Of a DNA stretch of 64,000 nucleotides, positions 17,414 through 28,682 are shown one piece after another. The translations under genes were made by a program, and so were the position numbers. Source of the stretch: Solirubrobacterales bacterium. Lineage in GTDB: Bacteria; Actinomycetota; Thermoleophilia; Solirubrobacterales; Solirubrobacteraceae. Where the stretch lies: NCBI GenBank assembly GCA_027451345.1, contig DAIDJO010000053.1:747-64746 (forward strand), in the 5' to 3' direction. Each line of letters begins with the position of its first letter. Within the stretch, counting starts at the first letter, position 1. The notes under the pieces were generated by a model, which searched no databases, had not been told where the DNA came from, and saw nothing but the letters and a program-made list of their open reading frames with translations.

Positions 17414-18630
17414 GCGACCGACCGCTCGACTCCGGCGGACTCAGCCGCCGGATGGTGATGCTCTTCGCCTTCACCACCGGCGCGGCCGTCGCGAACATGT
17501 ACTACGCGCAGCCGCTGCTGCACACGCTCGGGCGCGCCTTCGGCGTGGGGACGGCCACCACGGGGCTCCTCGTCACGATCAGCCAGATCGGATTCGTGCT
17601 CGGGCTCGCCTTCCTCGTTCCCCTCGGGGATCTGGTCGAACGACGCAACCTGATCTCGTTCAGCCTTGTGGCGCTCGCCGTCGGCCAGGGTGTCGCCGCC
17701 GTCGCTCCGAACCTCGGCGTGTTCAGCGCCGCCGTGCTGTTCGTCGGGGGCGCGAGCTTCATCGGACAGGTCATCGTGCCGCTCTCCTCCCAGCTCGCCG
17801 CGCCGCACGAGCGGGGACGGGTCGTCGGGACGGTGATGAGTGGGCTGCTCTTCGGGGTCCTGCTGTCGCGGACGCTGAGCGGGCTGATCGCCGAGCTGTT
17901 CGGCTGGCGCAGCGTGTTCGGCTGCGCGTCCCTCGCCATGCTGCTGCTCGCGCTGGTTCTACGTCGCGCCCTGCCGCGGCTCGAGTCGACGGCCGACCTG
18001 CGATACCCGGCCGCGCTCGCGTCGATCGTGCGGCTGATCCGCAGCGAGCCGGTGCTGCGTCAGCGCATGGTGCTCGGCGGCTGCGCCTTTGGCGGATTCA
18101 GCATCCTGTGGACGTCAATCGCCTTCCTGCTCTCGGGCGTGCACGGCAGCCCCTTCCATTTCGGCAACGCGACGATCGGCCTCTTCGGACTGGCGGGCGT
18201 GGCCGGAGCCGCGGCCGCCCAGGTCGCGGGCCGACTCGCCGACCGTGGCCACGGCCGGGCGGTCACGGCAGGCGCCCTGGCACTGACGCTCCTCAGCTGG
18301 CTGCTGCTCGACCTCGGCGCCCGGTCGATCGTGTTGCTGATCCTCGGCATCATGGTGCTCGACCTGGGAGCCCAGGGCACGCACATCAGCAACCAGAGCG
18401 CGATCTATCGTCTGCACCCCGACGCGCGCAGCCGGCTCACGACCGCGTACATGTCCGCGTACTTCCTCGGCGGCGTCCTCTGCTCGTCGGTCACCGGGGC
18501 GCTCTACGCGTCCGACGGCTGGACGGCCGTGTGCGGGTTCGGCGCCTCCGTGGCGGTGCTCGGGCTGCTCGCGTGGGCGGCGACGGTGACGCGGGTCGGC
18601 GTGCCCGAGGCCGAGCGGCACCCCGCCTGA
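17410..18630 (+). CDS. MFS transporter
   Basis: ANMYYAQPLL, PLGDLVERR, RGRVVGTVMSGL, AGRLADRG; GTGA overlap with fprA. Confidence 0.9.
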   Translation: MSDRPLDSGGLSRRMVMLFAFTTGAAVANMYYAQPLLHTLGRAFGVGTATTGLLVTISQIGFVLGLAFLVPLGDLVERRNLISFSLVALAVGQGVAAVAPNLGVFSAAVLFVGGASFIGQVIVPLSSQLAAPHERGRVVGTVMSGLLFGVLLSRTLSGLIAELFGWRSVFGCASLAMLLLALVLRRALPRLESTADLRYPAALASIVRLIRSEPVLRQRMVLGGCAFGGFSILWTSIAFLLSGVHGSPFHFGNATIGLFGLAGVAGAAAAQVAGRLADRGHGRAVTAGALALTLLSWLLLDLGARSIVLLILGIMVLDLGAQGTHISNQSAIYRLHPDARSRLTTAYMSAYFLGGVLCSSVTGALYASDGWTAVCGFGASVAVLGLLAWAATVTRVGVPEAERHPA

Positions 18631-18655
18631 GGCGCGCGAGCACGCCGTGGGGCGG

Positions 18656-19192
18656 TCAGCCCCCGTGCCCGAAGAGGTCCGACAGGCGCTGGGCGAACTG
18701 CTTCTTCGCGTCGCCACCGCTCAACCGCTGCCCGAGCTGCTCGGCGGCGTCGTCGATGATCTTCGTGAAGCTGTCGTCGGTCGAGTAGTAACCGAGCTCC
18801 TCCGGAGTTGGCCGTCGCCGCGGCTGATCCGCCGGGGCCACGCGGCGAGCGGCCTGCTCGCGGGCGAGCCTCGCCCGCTCCTGCATCCGGCGGCGCTCGG
18901 CCTCACGCTGGAGCGCGAGCTCGCGCTCGAGATCGGCGATGCGGGCCTCGACGCCGGGATCGGCGGCGGCCGCCGGAGGGGTTGGGGCGCCGGCGCTCTG
19001 GCGGCGCAGCTCTCCCACCGCCGCATAGGCGCTCTGGATCTGGGCGAAGCGCCGGGTGGATTCGGGCGACCCGCCGTTATGGTCGGGATGGTGGCGCTGG
19101 ACGAGCGCGCGGTAGGCGCGACGGAGGTCCCGGTCGGAGACCTCCGGGGAAACGCCCAGGACGGCGTATGGATCGAGCGGTGCCTCCGGCAT
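18656..19192 (-). CDS. Small J-domain (DnaJ-type) protein
   Basis: DPYAVLGV, HHPDHNGG (HPD motif), then a coiled-coil and a short acidic C-terminal segment. Confidence 0.85.
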   Translation of the reverse strand: MPEAPLDPYAVLGVSPEVSDRDLRRAYRALVQRHHPDHNGGSPESTRRFAQIQSAYAAVGELRRQSAGAPTPPAAAADPGVEARIADLERELALQREAERRRMQERARLAREQAARRVAPADQPRRRPTPEELGYYSTDDSFTKIIDDAAEQLGQRLSGGDAKKQFAQRLSDLFGHGG

Positions 19193-19241
19193 CCTCCCCA
19201 TTATCGTCCGCCGCGGGCGCCACCTTGCGCCGGGGGCCGCC

Positions 19242-19351
19242 GACCACCCGGTCGCGGCCGGTGCGGGGGCCGGCCATCCGGCGAGTCGTCGTGCCGATCC
19301 GACCGCCGCCGATTCACCGGCCGCCGGACCGGGTGGTCCGACGGCCGGTGA
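19242..19351. repeat. Intergenic inverted-repeat/palindrome cluster (REP-like)
   Basis: 19242-19263 is the near reverse complement of 19315-19338; 19314-19351 folds into a long hairpin. Confidence 0.6.
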
Positions 19352-19390
19352 GCGCCGGCGCGGGAGAGAGGAGGAGCTCCGCGCCGGTGC
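19352..19390 (-). terminator. GC-rich hairpin just after the GH1 stop, probable intrinsic terminator without a U-tract
   Basis: GCGCCGGCGCGG...CCGCGCCGGTGC stem within 10 nt of the stop codon. Confidence 0.45.
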
Positions 19391-19399
19391 GCCGCAGCC

Positions 19400-20854
19400 T
19401 CAGACGGCCGCGGAAGCCTGGGGCACCTCGGGTGCAGCTGCCTCGAACGAGATCTCGGGTGTCGGCGGCAGCTGCCCCGCGAGCGCCACCTGCCGGTAGA
19501 ACTGGGCGCTGCGCTTCGCGATCCGGCGGCCCGACGGGAAGTCGACGTAGTGCAGGCCGAAGCGCCGGCGATATCCCTCCGCCCACTCGAAGTTGTCCAT
19601 CAGCGACCAGTGGAAGTACCCGGCCACGTTCACCCCGGCATCGATCGCCTCCAGGGCCGCGCCCAGATGCCCGTGGATGAACTCGACGCGCTCCTGGTCC
19701 TCGACCGTGCCTTCCGGCGTGAGGTAGTCATCGGCGGCGCAGCCGTTCTCGGTGATGTGGATGGGGAGCCCGCCGCTCTCCTCGTGCAGGCGGATGAGCA
19801 GGTCGCGCAGCCCGTCGGGCACGATCGGCCAGCCCATGACCGTGCGCGGCATCTCGGGCGGGAGGTACTGGACGACGCCGGGGTGTCCGGACACCGGGGA
19901 TTCGCCGAGCCGCAGATCGGCCCAGTCGCCGCGGCGCAGGTAATGCGGACGGTAGTAATTGAGTCCGAAGAAGTCGATCGGAGCGGAGATGAGCGCCATG
20001 TCCCCGTCGGCGATCAGGGTCTCCGGCGGCCGCAGGTCGGCGCGCAGGTCGGCCGGGTAGACGCCCCGGAAGACGGGGTCGAGGTACACCCGGTTGTACT
20101 CGGCGTCGAGCGCGTCGGCCGCCGGCTGCGCGGCGGCGTCGAGCGCGTGGAACGGCTGCGGATCCATCGTCGGTCCGATGACGGCATCGGGCAGCTGAGC
20201 GCGGATCGCCTGCAGCGCGTAGCCGTGGCCGAGCAGGACATGGTGGATCGCCGCCGAGGCGAGCGTGAGATCCCGGTGGCCGGGGGCGTGGGTGCCGGTG
20301 ATGTAGCCCTGGCGCACGGTCTGGAGCGGCTCGTTGATCGTGATCCACATGGCGACCTGATCACCGATCGCCTCGGCCAGCACCTGGGCGAGCTCCCCGA
20401 GCCGCTTCGCGGTGTCGCGCGCGCCCCAACCGCCCCGGTCCTCGAGGGCCTGCGGCAGGTCCCAGTGGTAGACGGTCGCCACGGGCTTGATCCCGTTCTC
20501 GTTGAGCGCCTCGACGAGCCGACGGTAGTAGTCGAGCCCCGGCTGATTCACCGCGCCACCGCCGGAGGGCAGCACGCGCGACCAGGAGACGGAGAAGCGG
20601 TACGCCCCGACGCCGAGCTCGGTCAGCAGCCGGATGTCGTCGTCGAGCCGGTGGTACGAGTCGCAGGCGACGTCGCCCGTGTCGCCGCGGTTGATCGTCC
20701 CCGGCGCGTGTGTGAAGACATCCCAGATCGAGGGCCCCCGACCGTCGACGTTCACGGCGCCCTCGATCTGGTAGGAGGAGGTGCCGACCCCCCAGACGAA
20801 GCCGTCGGGAAAACGGCGTGGGCCCTCTGCGCCTCCAGGCGTGAGGCTGTTCAT
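19400..20854 (-). CDS. GH1 beta-glucosidase
   Basis: FPDGFVWGVGTSSYQIEG, YRFSVSWSR, YHWDLPQ, TINEP (acid/base), ITENG (nucleophile), WSLMDNFEW. Confidence 0.96.
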   Translation of the reverse strand: MNSLTPGGAEGPRRFPDGFVWGVGTSSYQIEGAVNVDGRGPSIWDVFTHAPGTINRGDTGDVACDSYHRLDDDIRLLTELGVGAYRFSVSWSRVLPSGGGAVNQPGLDYYRRLVEALNENGIKPVATVYHWDLPQALEDRGGWGARDTAKRLGELAQVLAEAIGDQVAMWITINEPLQTVRQGYITGTHAPGHRDLTLASAAIHHVLLGHGYALQAIRAQLPDAVIGPTMDPQPFHALDAAAQPAADALDAEYNRVYLDPVFRGVYPADLRADLRPPETLIADGDMALISAPIDFFGLNYYRPHYLRRGDWADLRLGESPVSGHPGVVQYLPPEMPRTVMGWPIVPDGLRDLLIRLHEESGGLPIHITENGCAADDYLTPEGTVEDQERVEFIHGHLGAALEAIDAGVNVAGYFHWSLMDNFEWAEGYRRRFGLHYVDFPSGRRIAKRSAQFYRQVALAGQLPPTPEISFEAAAPEVPQASAAV

Positions 20855-20891
20855 GTACTTCTCCTCAGACAGTTGATGTGAAGGGTCCCGA

Positions 20892-20925
20892 CCCCTCCGC
20901 CCCGCTCGAGGCGGGGTCGGAGGGG
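20892..20925 (-). terminator. Stem-loop between the SBP and GH1 genes (stabiliser or partial terminator)
   Basis: CCCCTCCG-CCCCGC / GCGGGG-T-CGGAGGGG 14-bp stem. Confidence 0.55.
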
Positions 20926-20937
20926 GCAGGCGGAGGC

Positions 20938-22617
20938 TCAGGCCTTCGGCTTGAGGTGGAGGACCACGACCTCGTTGAACGGCGCGGCCGGCTGCGCCGT
21001 CTCGTACTCATTGCTCGGGGTCGGCCAGCCGGTGAACGTGCCGGTGTTGTACTCGCCCCACGAGACGCCATACACCGTCGGGATGACCGGCAGGTTGGTC
21101 GCCACGTAGGTCTCGATCGGCGCGAGATCCTTCACCTGCTGGGCGACGGTGCCGGCGGCGGCCAGCTTCGTCAGGTCCGTGTCGATCGCCCGGTTCTTCA
21201 GGCCCTCGAAGTTCCCGGCGCGATTGTTCTTCGTGGCGAGCGCGCTGTTGAGCCAGTCGTTGTAGAGCTGGAACGGGGCAACGCTCGTCTGCGACCAGTG
21301 CATCGTGAGCTGGAAGTTGCCGGTGGCCATGTCGGTGTTCCACTGGTTGACGGCCAGGCCGTTGAAGGACGCGTCGATGCCGGCGGCCTTCAGGTCGTTC
21401 GCCACGATCTGATCATCGGCGGCATAGTCGCTGTAGGCGGCCGGATCGGTGATGGTGATCTTGACGATCTTGCCGTGCAGGGCGAACCACTTGCCCTTCT
21501 TGGTGTAACCGGCCGCCTCGAGCACGTGCTCGGCCGCCTTCGGGTTCGCGTTCGCGCTCAGCGAGTACTTCTTGACCGAGGGCGCCATGAACTTCTGGAA
21601 CACCGGCAGCGTCAGTCCGCTGGCGTTGATCGCCACGGGCTGCTCACCACCCTCGCCCTGCGTCGCGATCGCCTTGCGGTTGATGGCGAGGCTGATCGCC
21701 TGGCGGACGGGGAGCTGGTTGGTCGGCCACTCGTGGAGGTTCGGCTCCAGCGAGTTCGTGTTCAGCGGCGGCGACCAGAAGACGAGCGGCTTACCCGCGA
21801 ACGCCTTCTTCACGCCGGCGATGAAGTTGCCGGCCCAGTCGACCTGGTTGGTCAGCAGGGCGGACAGTGCCGACGTGTTGCTGCTGAGGGTCGGGAACTG
21901 CACCGTCTTCACGGCCGGCGCGCCGTGCCCGCCGAACGGGCCGCCCCAGTATCCGTTGTTCGCCGTCAGGACGAGACCGCTCGCGCCGACGCTCTGGACG
22001 GTGTAGGGCCCCGTGCCGATCGGCTGGGTGTCCGCGAACGTCGCCGGGTTCCCGGCGTTCTGCCACTGATGCTGCGGCACGATGTACACCGTCGCCGCGA
22101 TCTGCTGGAAGTTCGCGTACTGCGGTGTCGGGAAGTGCAGCGTCACCGTGTCCCCGGAGGTCTTCACGCTCGAGATCGTGAGGCCGCCACCGTTGATCGA
22201 CGGATTGTTCTTGATCAGGTTGTACGTGAAGGCGACGTCGGCCGGACCGAAGGCGGTGCCGTCGGACCACTTGACGCCCTTGCGGATCGTGAAGGTGAGC
22301 GACCTGCCACGGTCGCCCCACGCGTACTTCGTCGCCAGGAACGGGTAGTACTGACCCGGCTTGAGGATGTTGGACTGGAACAGCGGCTCATAGATGAACG
22401 ACGTTGCGCCGACGATCGACGAGGCCGCGGTGGGAACGAACGGATTGAAGCCGTTCGCCTGGCCGACCGGGCTGGACTCGACGCTCAACGCGCTCGAGCT
22501 GGCCGTGTGGGCCTGACCCTTGGCGAGAGCCGGAGCGGCGCTCATGGCGCCAACTGCAACCGATGCGCCGACGGCAAGAGCGCCGGCGACTGACCTGCTA
22601 TTGAGGATTCGCTTCAT
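20938..22617 (-). CDS. ABC transporter substrate-binding protein, family 5 (oligosaccharide-binding subgroup likely)
   Basis: IYEPL, TFTIRKGVKWSDG, DVAFT, PIGTGPY, VRQAISLAINR; GGAGGAGG RBS; signal peptide. Confidence 0.9.
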   Translation of the reverse strand: MKRILNSRSVAGALAVGASVAVGAMSAAPALAKGQAHTASSSALSVESSPVGQANGFNPFVPTAASSIVGATSFIYEPLFQSNILKPGQYYPFLATKYAWGDRGRSLTFTIRKGVKWSDGTAFGPADVAFTYNLIKNNPSINGGGLTISSVKTSGDTVTLHFPTPQYANFQQIAATVYIVPQHQWQNAGNPATFADTQPIGTGPYTVQSVGASGLVLTANNGYWGGPFGGHGAPAVKTVQFPTLSSNTSALSALLTNQVDWAGNFIAGVKKAFAGKPLVFWSPPLNTNSLEPNLHEWPTNQLPVRQAISLAINRKAIATQGEGGEQPVAINASGLTLPVFQKFMAPSVKKYSLSANANPKAAEHVLEAAGYTKKGKWFALHGKIVKITITDPAAYSDYAADDQIVANDLKAAGIDASFNGLAVNQWNTDMATGNFQLTMHWSQTSVAPFQLYNDWLNSALATKNNRAGNFEGLKNRAIDTDLTKLAAAGTVAQQVKDLAPIETYVATNLPVIPTVYGVSWGEYNTGTFTGWPTPSNEYETAQPAAPFNEVVVLHLKPKA

Positions 22618-22766
22618 CGAGCGAGCACCTCCTCCTTTGATACATAGGTACTGCTGGTCATTGGATGTCCGCGTCCCGGTTCCAAGGCTGACGCGGATGC
22701 TGCACTGGCGGGGTTAGGCGCTCCTTGCTCTTTGAGCGGGGGCGCCGGCTCCCGGTTGTCCTCGCG

Positions 22767-24799
<2,033 letters not shown>

Positions 24800-24803
<4 letters not shown>

Positions 24804-25810
24804 AGCGATCCCTCCGCGTAGTCACGAATGACGGGCGTCGGGTCGGCGGGGCGCCAGTTGCGGCGGCCGAGCTTGCGCAGACTCCGAGAGGAACGCAACC
24901 GTGGATTGGAGAGCTCGTCGAGTCCGAAGTTGATGAGGACCAGGCTCATGCCGAGCACCGCCACGGCGACGCCGGGGAACACGTACCACCACCAGGCGCC
25001 GAGCTCGACGGCGCTTCCGCTCTGGGCCCAGTAGAGGATGTCCCCGTAGTTCCAGTCGCTGAAGTTCGTGATGCCGAGGAAGGCGAGCGCCACCGAGGTG
25101 AGGATCGCGTAGAGCACGGTCCCGACGAAGCTCGCCGCGATCAGCCCGATCTGGTTGGGCAGCAGCTCGAAGGCGATGATCCGCCACGGTCGCTCCCCGA
25201 CCTCCCTGGCCGCGAGGACAAAGTCGCGGTTGCGCAGGGAGAGCGTCTGGGCGCGGATCACCCGGGCGCCCCAGGCCCAGCCGAGCACGCTCAGGACGAT
25301 GGCGGTGGGCAGCTCGCCCGTGTGTGGCAGGTAGCCGAGGATCACCACCAGCAGCGGCAGGGCGGGCATCACCAGGAAGACGTTCGAGACGAGCGACAGC
25401 CCCTCGTCGGCATACCCCCCGAGGTAGCCGGCGGCGGTGCCGACGAGCACGGAGAGGATCGTGGCGATCACGCCGGTCATCAGGCCCAGGACGACGGTGG
25501 CGCGGGTGCCGATGAGGATCTGCGAGAGCACGTCCCCGCCGGTGGCGCTCGTGCCGAGCAGATGGTGGAGGTTCGGCGCCTCCGGCACGGCCTGGGTGGT
25601 CGTCGCGTTCGGGTCGTAGGGCGCAACCCAGGGCCCGATGATCGCCACGAGGATGTAGAGCGCGAGGATCACCAGACCGACCTGCGCCTTGAGGGGGAGG
25701 CGGCCGCGGAACGCCCCGAGGCTGAGCATCCAGGCGCTGACGCCGAGCCGGACCGTCGGGGCGGCGACGGAGGTCGCCTCCGTGTCCGTCGGCAGGTGAC
25801 CGACGGTCAT
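24800..25810 (-). CDS. ABC permease (DppC/OppC-like)
   Basis: APYDP, HLLGT, ARVIRAQTLSLR, DFVLAAREVG. Confidence 0.92.
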
Positions 25811-26793
25811 CAGAACGCGCTCCGCGTGCGTGCCCGGGGATCGGCCACGGCGTAGGCGATGTCAGCGAGCAGCGAGGCCGACAGGACGGCGATCGAGATC
25901 ACGAGGAAGATGCCCTGCATCAGCGGGTAGTCGTTCGAGGTCACGGCGTTGTAGAGGGTGAAGCCGACGCCGGGATAGGAGAAGACGATCTCCATGACGA
26001 GCGCCCCGGCGACCACGAACCCGAGCGAGAGCGCAAACCCCGCGATGTTGGGCAGGATCGCGTTGCGGGCACCGTAGGTGAGCATCACCCGGCGAGCCGA
26101 GAGGCCCTTGGCCTGCGCGACGAGGATGTAGTCCTCGGAGATCGTCGTCAGCATCACATTGCGCATCTGGAGCATCCAGCCGCCGATCGAGGTGGCGATG
26201 ATCGTCAGGGCCGGCAGGATCGAATGGGTGATCGCGCTCGAGATGAAGGGCCAGTTGAACCCGGTGGTGAGGCCGAGCGCGTACCCCTGGCCGAACGGCA
26301 GCCACTTCAGCTGGATCGCGAACAGGTAGATCAGCAGGAGAGCCAGGAAGAAGTACGGGGTCGCCTGCAGCAGCGTCAGCGCCGGCAGCGCGCGGTCGAG
26401 CCAGCCGCCCCGGCGCCAGGCGGCCACCACGCCGAGCAGCGTGCCGATGGCGAAGCTCAGGATCGTCGCGACGCCCACCAGGGCCAGCGTCCAGGGCAGC
26501 GTCTGCCCGATGATCGTCGAGACGTGGGTCGGATACTGGCTGGTCGAGACGCCGAGGTTGAAATGCAGGACGTCGCCCCAGTACTGCAGGTACTGGCTGA
26601 AGATCGTCCCCTTCGGGTGGAACCCGAACTGGACCTCCAGCGACTTGACCACCTGCGGGGTGAGGTTCTGGAAGCGTCCGAGCACCGCGTCGATCGCGTT
26701 GCCGGGCATGATCCGCGGGATCAGGAAGTTGATCGTGACCGCGGCCCACACGGCCACGACATAGAACGCCAAGCGTCTTGCGATGAAAGCCAT
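25810..26793 (-). CDS. ABC permease (DppB/OppB-like)
   Basis: FIARRL, PRIMPG, HSILPA, EDYILVAQAKGL, EIVFSYPGVG, DYPLMQG. Confidence 0.92.
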   Translation of the reverse strand: MAFIARRLAFYVVAVWAAVTINFLIPRIMPGNAIDAVLGRFQNLTPQVVKSLEVQFGFHPKGTIFSQYLQYWGDVLHFNLGVSTSQYPTHVSTIIGQTLPWTLALVGVATILSFAIGTLLGVVAAWRRGGWLDRALPALTLLQATPYFFLALLLIYLFAIQLKWLPFGQGYALGLTTGFNWPFISSAITHSILPALTIIATSIGGWMLQMRNVMLTTISEDYILVAQAKGLSARRVMLTYGARNAILPNIAGFALSLGFVVAGALVMEIVFSYPGVGFTLYNAVTSNDYPLMQGIFLVISIAVLSASLLADIAYAVADPRARTRSAF

Positions 26794-26819
26794 TACCTCT
26801 CCGACTCCTCTCGTCGGCA

Positions 26820-26875
26820 ACGCTAGCCGAAACGTTTCTGCCCTGTCAAGCCGGAAAGTTTCTGAAACTGTTTCA
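26820..26875 (-). promoter_or_regulatory. sigma70-type promoter TTGACA-N18-TAGCGT for the ABC operon with LacI-type operators GAAACGTTTC (26829-26838), GAAAGTTTC (26854-26862) and TGAAACTGTTTCA (26863-26875)
   Basis: Read directly; the central-CG palindrome lies in the -35/-10 spacer next to a divergent LacI gene. Confidence 0.75.
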
Positions 26876-26898
26876 CCATCTGTGCTTGAATACGCCTT

Positions 26899-27942
26899 GT
26901 GGCGGAGATCACAACGGTTGGGAACGGGAATGCGCACGGGCGCCTGACGATCCGCGACGTGGCGAAACTCGCCGGGGTCTCACCGGCCACGGTGTCACGC
27001 GTCATCAACGGACGCCCGGAGGTGTCAGAGACCGTGCGCGAGCGGGTGTTGCAGGTCGTGACGACGTACGGCTACACCGTCGCACGCCCGCCGCTGAGCG
27101 GGATGCACAGCGGCCTGGTCGGCGTGACGCTCCCGCTGATCCACCATTCGTACTTCTCGGAGATCCTCGCCGGGATCGGTGAGGCCTTCTACGAGCACGA
27201 GATCCCGATGGTCCTCTGCCCCACCCTGCACGAGCACGACCGCGAGGTGACGCTGCTGCAGCGCCTGCGCCATGGCACCACCGACGGTGCGATCCTGATC
27301 CTCCCGGAGGAATCGCACGAGGAACTGGCGGCCCTGCAGGAACAGGGGTACCCGTTCGTGATCGTCGACCCGCGGATGGCCCCGGACGAGCGCGTCCCGA
27401 CGGTGTCCGCCTCGCACCTCTCGGGCGCCCGCGAGGCGACCGAGCACCTGCTCAGGCTCGGGCACCGCCGCATCGCCGCCATCACCGGTCCACACGGGTG
27501 GATCGCCACGGAGGAGCGGCTCCGTGGCTACCGCGGCGCGCTCGGCGAGGCGGGGATCGCCCCCGACCCAGCCCTGCAGATCGACTCGAACTTTCGTGAC
27601 AACGGCGGCCGCGCGGCGACCCAGCAGCTGCTGGCACTCGACGAGCCTCCGACAGCCATCTTCGCCTTCAACGACATGCTCGCCATCGGCGCCCTCCAGG
27701 CGATCCGCCAACACGGCCTGCGCTGCCCGGAGGACATCTCGGTGGTCGGCTTCGACGACACCTACGAGGCATCGATCATGTTCCCAGCCCTGACGACGGT
27801 GCGGCAACCGCTGGCGGAGATGGGACGGATGGCGGTCGCCCAGCTCGTCCGACTGCTGCAGAGCCAGCGGATCGAAGCCCTGCACGTCGAGCTCGCCACC
27901 CGCCTGGTGGAGCGCGAGACGACGGCGCCGGTACCCGGCTGA
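26899..27942 (+). CDS. LacI family transcriptional regulator
   Basis: TIRDVAKLAGVSPATVSRVIN, PTAIFAFND, SVVGFDD, LTTVRQP. Confidence 0.95.
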   Translation: MAEITTVGNGNAHGRLTIRDVAKLAGVSPATVSRVINGRPEVSETVRERVLQVVTTYGYTVARPPLSGMHSGLVGVTLPLIHHSYFSEILAGIGEAFYEHEIPMVLCPTLHEHDREVTLLQRLRHGTTDGAILILPEESHEELAALQEQGYPFVIVDPRMAPDERVPTVSASHLSGAREATEHLLRLGHRRIAAITGPHGWIATEERLRGYRGALGEAGIAPDPALQIDSNFRDNGGRAATQQLLALDEPPTAIFAFNDMLAIGALQAIRQHGLRCPEDISVVGFDDTYEASIMFPALTTVRQPLAEMGRMAVAQLVRLLQSQRIEALHVELATRLVERETTAPVPG

Positions 27943-27990
27943 TCGGGCGCCGGTCGACGCCGTGCCGCCGAGGGCCGCGGGCCGATCCCG

Positions 27991-28680
27991 TCAGCCGCGC
28001 GATGGCGTGACCAGACCCGACTCGTAGGCGAAGACGACGATCTGAACGCGATCGCGCAGCTCGAGCTTGGCGAGGATGCGGCCGACGTGCGACTTGACCG
28101 TCGCCTCCGAGAGGACGAGCTGGTCGGCGATCTCAGCGTTGGACAGGCTGCGCGCAACGAGCAGGAGCACCTCGCGTTCCCGCGGGGTGAGCTGCTCGAG
28201 CCGCTCCCGCTGGTCGGGCGCGAGCCGCTCGACCGGATCCGTGCCCGGGGCCCCAAGGCGGTGGGCGTAGGCGTCGAGCAGGCGCCGCGTGATGCTCGGC
28301 GCCACCACCGCGTCGCCGCTCGCCACCGCCCGGATCGCGGCCAGCAGCTCGGCCGGCTGGGCATCCTTGAGCAGGAAGCCGCTTGCCCCCGCGCGGAGCC
28401 CGGCATAGACGTACTCGTCGAGGTCGAAGGTGGTCAGGATGATCACGCGCGCGCCGCTGCCGGACTCGACGATCCGCCGGGTCGCCTCGACCCCATCCAT
28501 CACGGGCATCCGCACGTCCATCAGGACGACCGCGGGCTGACGCTCGTGCACCTGGGTGACGGCGTCAAGGCCGTTCGCCGCCTCGCCGGCCACCCGAAGA
28601 TCCGGCTGGCTCTCGATCACCATCCGGAACGCCATCCGCATCAGCTCCTGATCGTCGGCGAGGAGGATCGAGACCGACAC
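27991..28680 (-). CDS. NarL/LuxR family response regulator
   Basis: LLADDQ, VLMDVRMP, LTTFD, GFLLKD, LTPREREVL, TVKSHV. Confidence 0.95.
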   Translation of the reverse strand: MSVSILLADDQELMRMAFRMVIESQPDLRVAGEAANGLDAVTQVHERQPAVVLMDVRMPVMDGVEATRRIVESGSGARVIILTTFDLDEYVYAGLRAGASGFLLKDAQPAELLAAIRAVASGDAVVAPSITRRLLDAYAHRLGAPGTDPVERLAPDQRERLEQLTPREREVLLLVARSLSNAEIADQLVLSEATVKSHVGRILAKLELRDRVQIVVFAYESGLVTPSRG

Positions 28681-28682
28681 CG

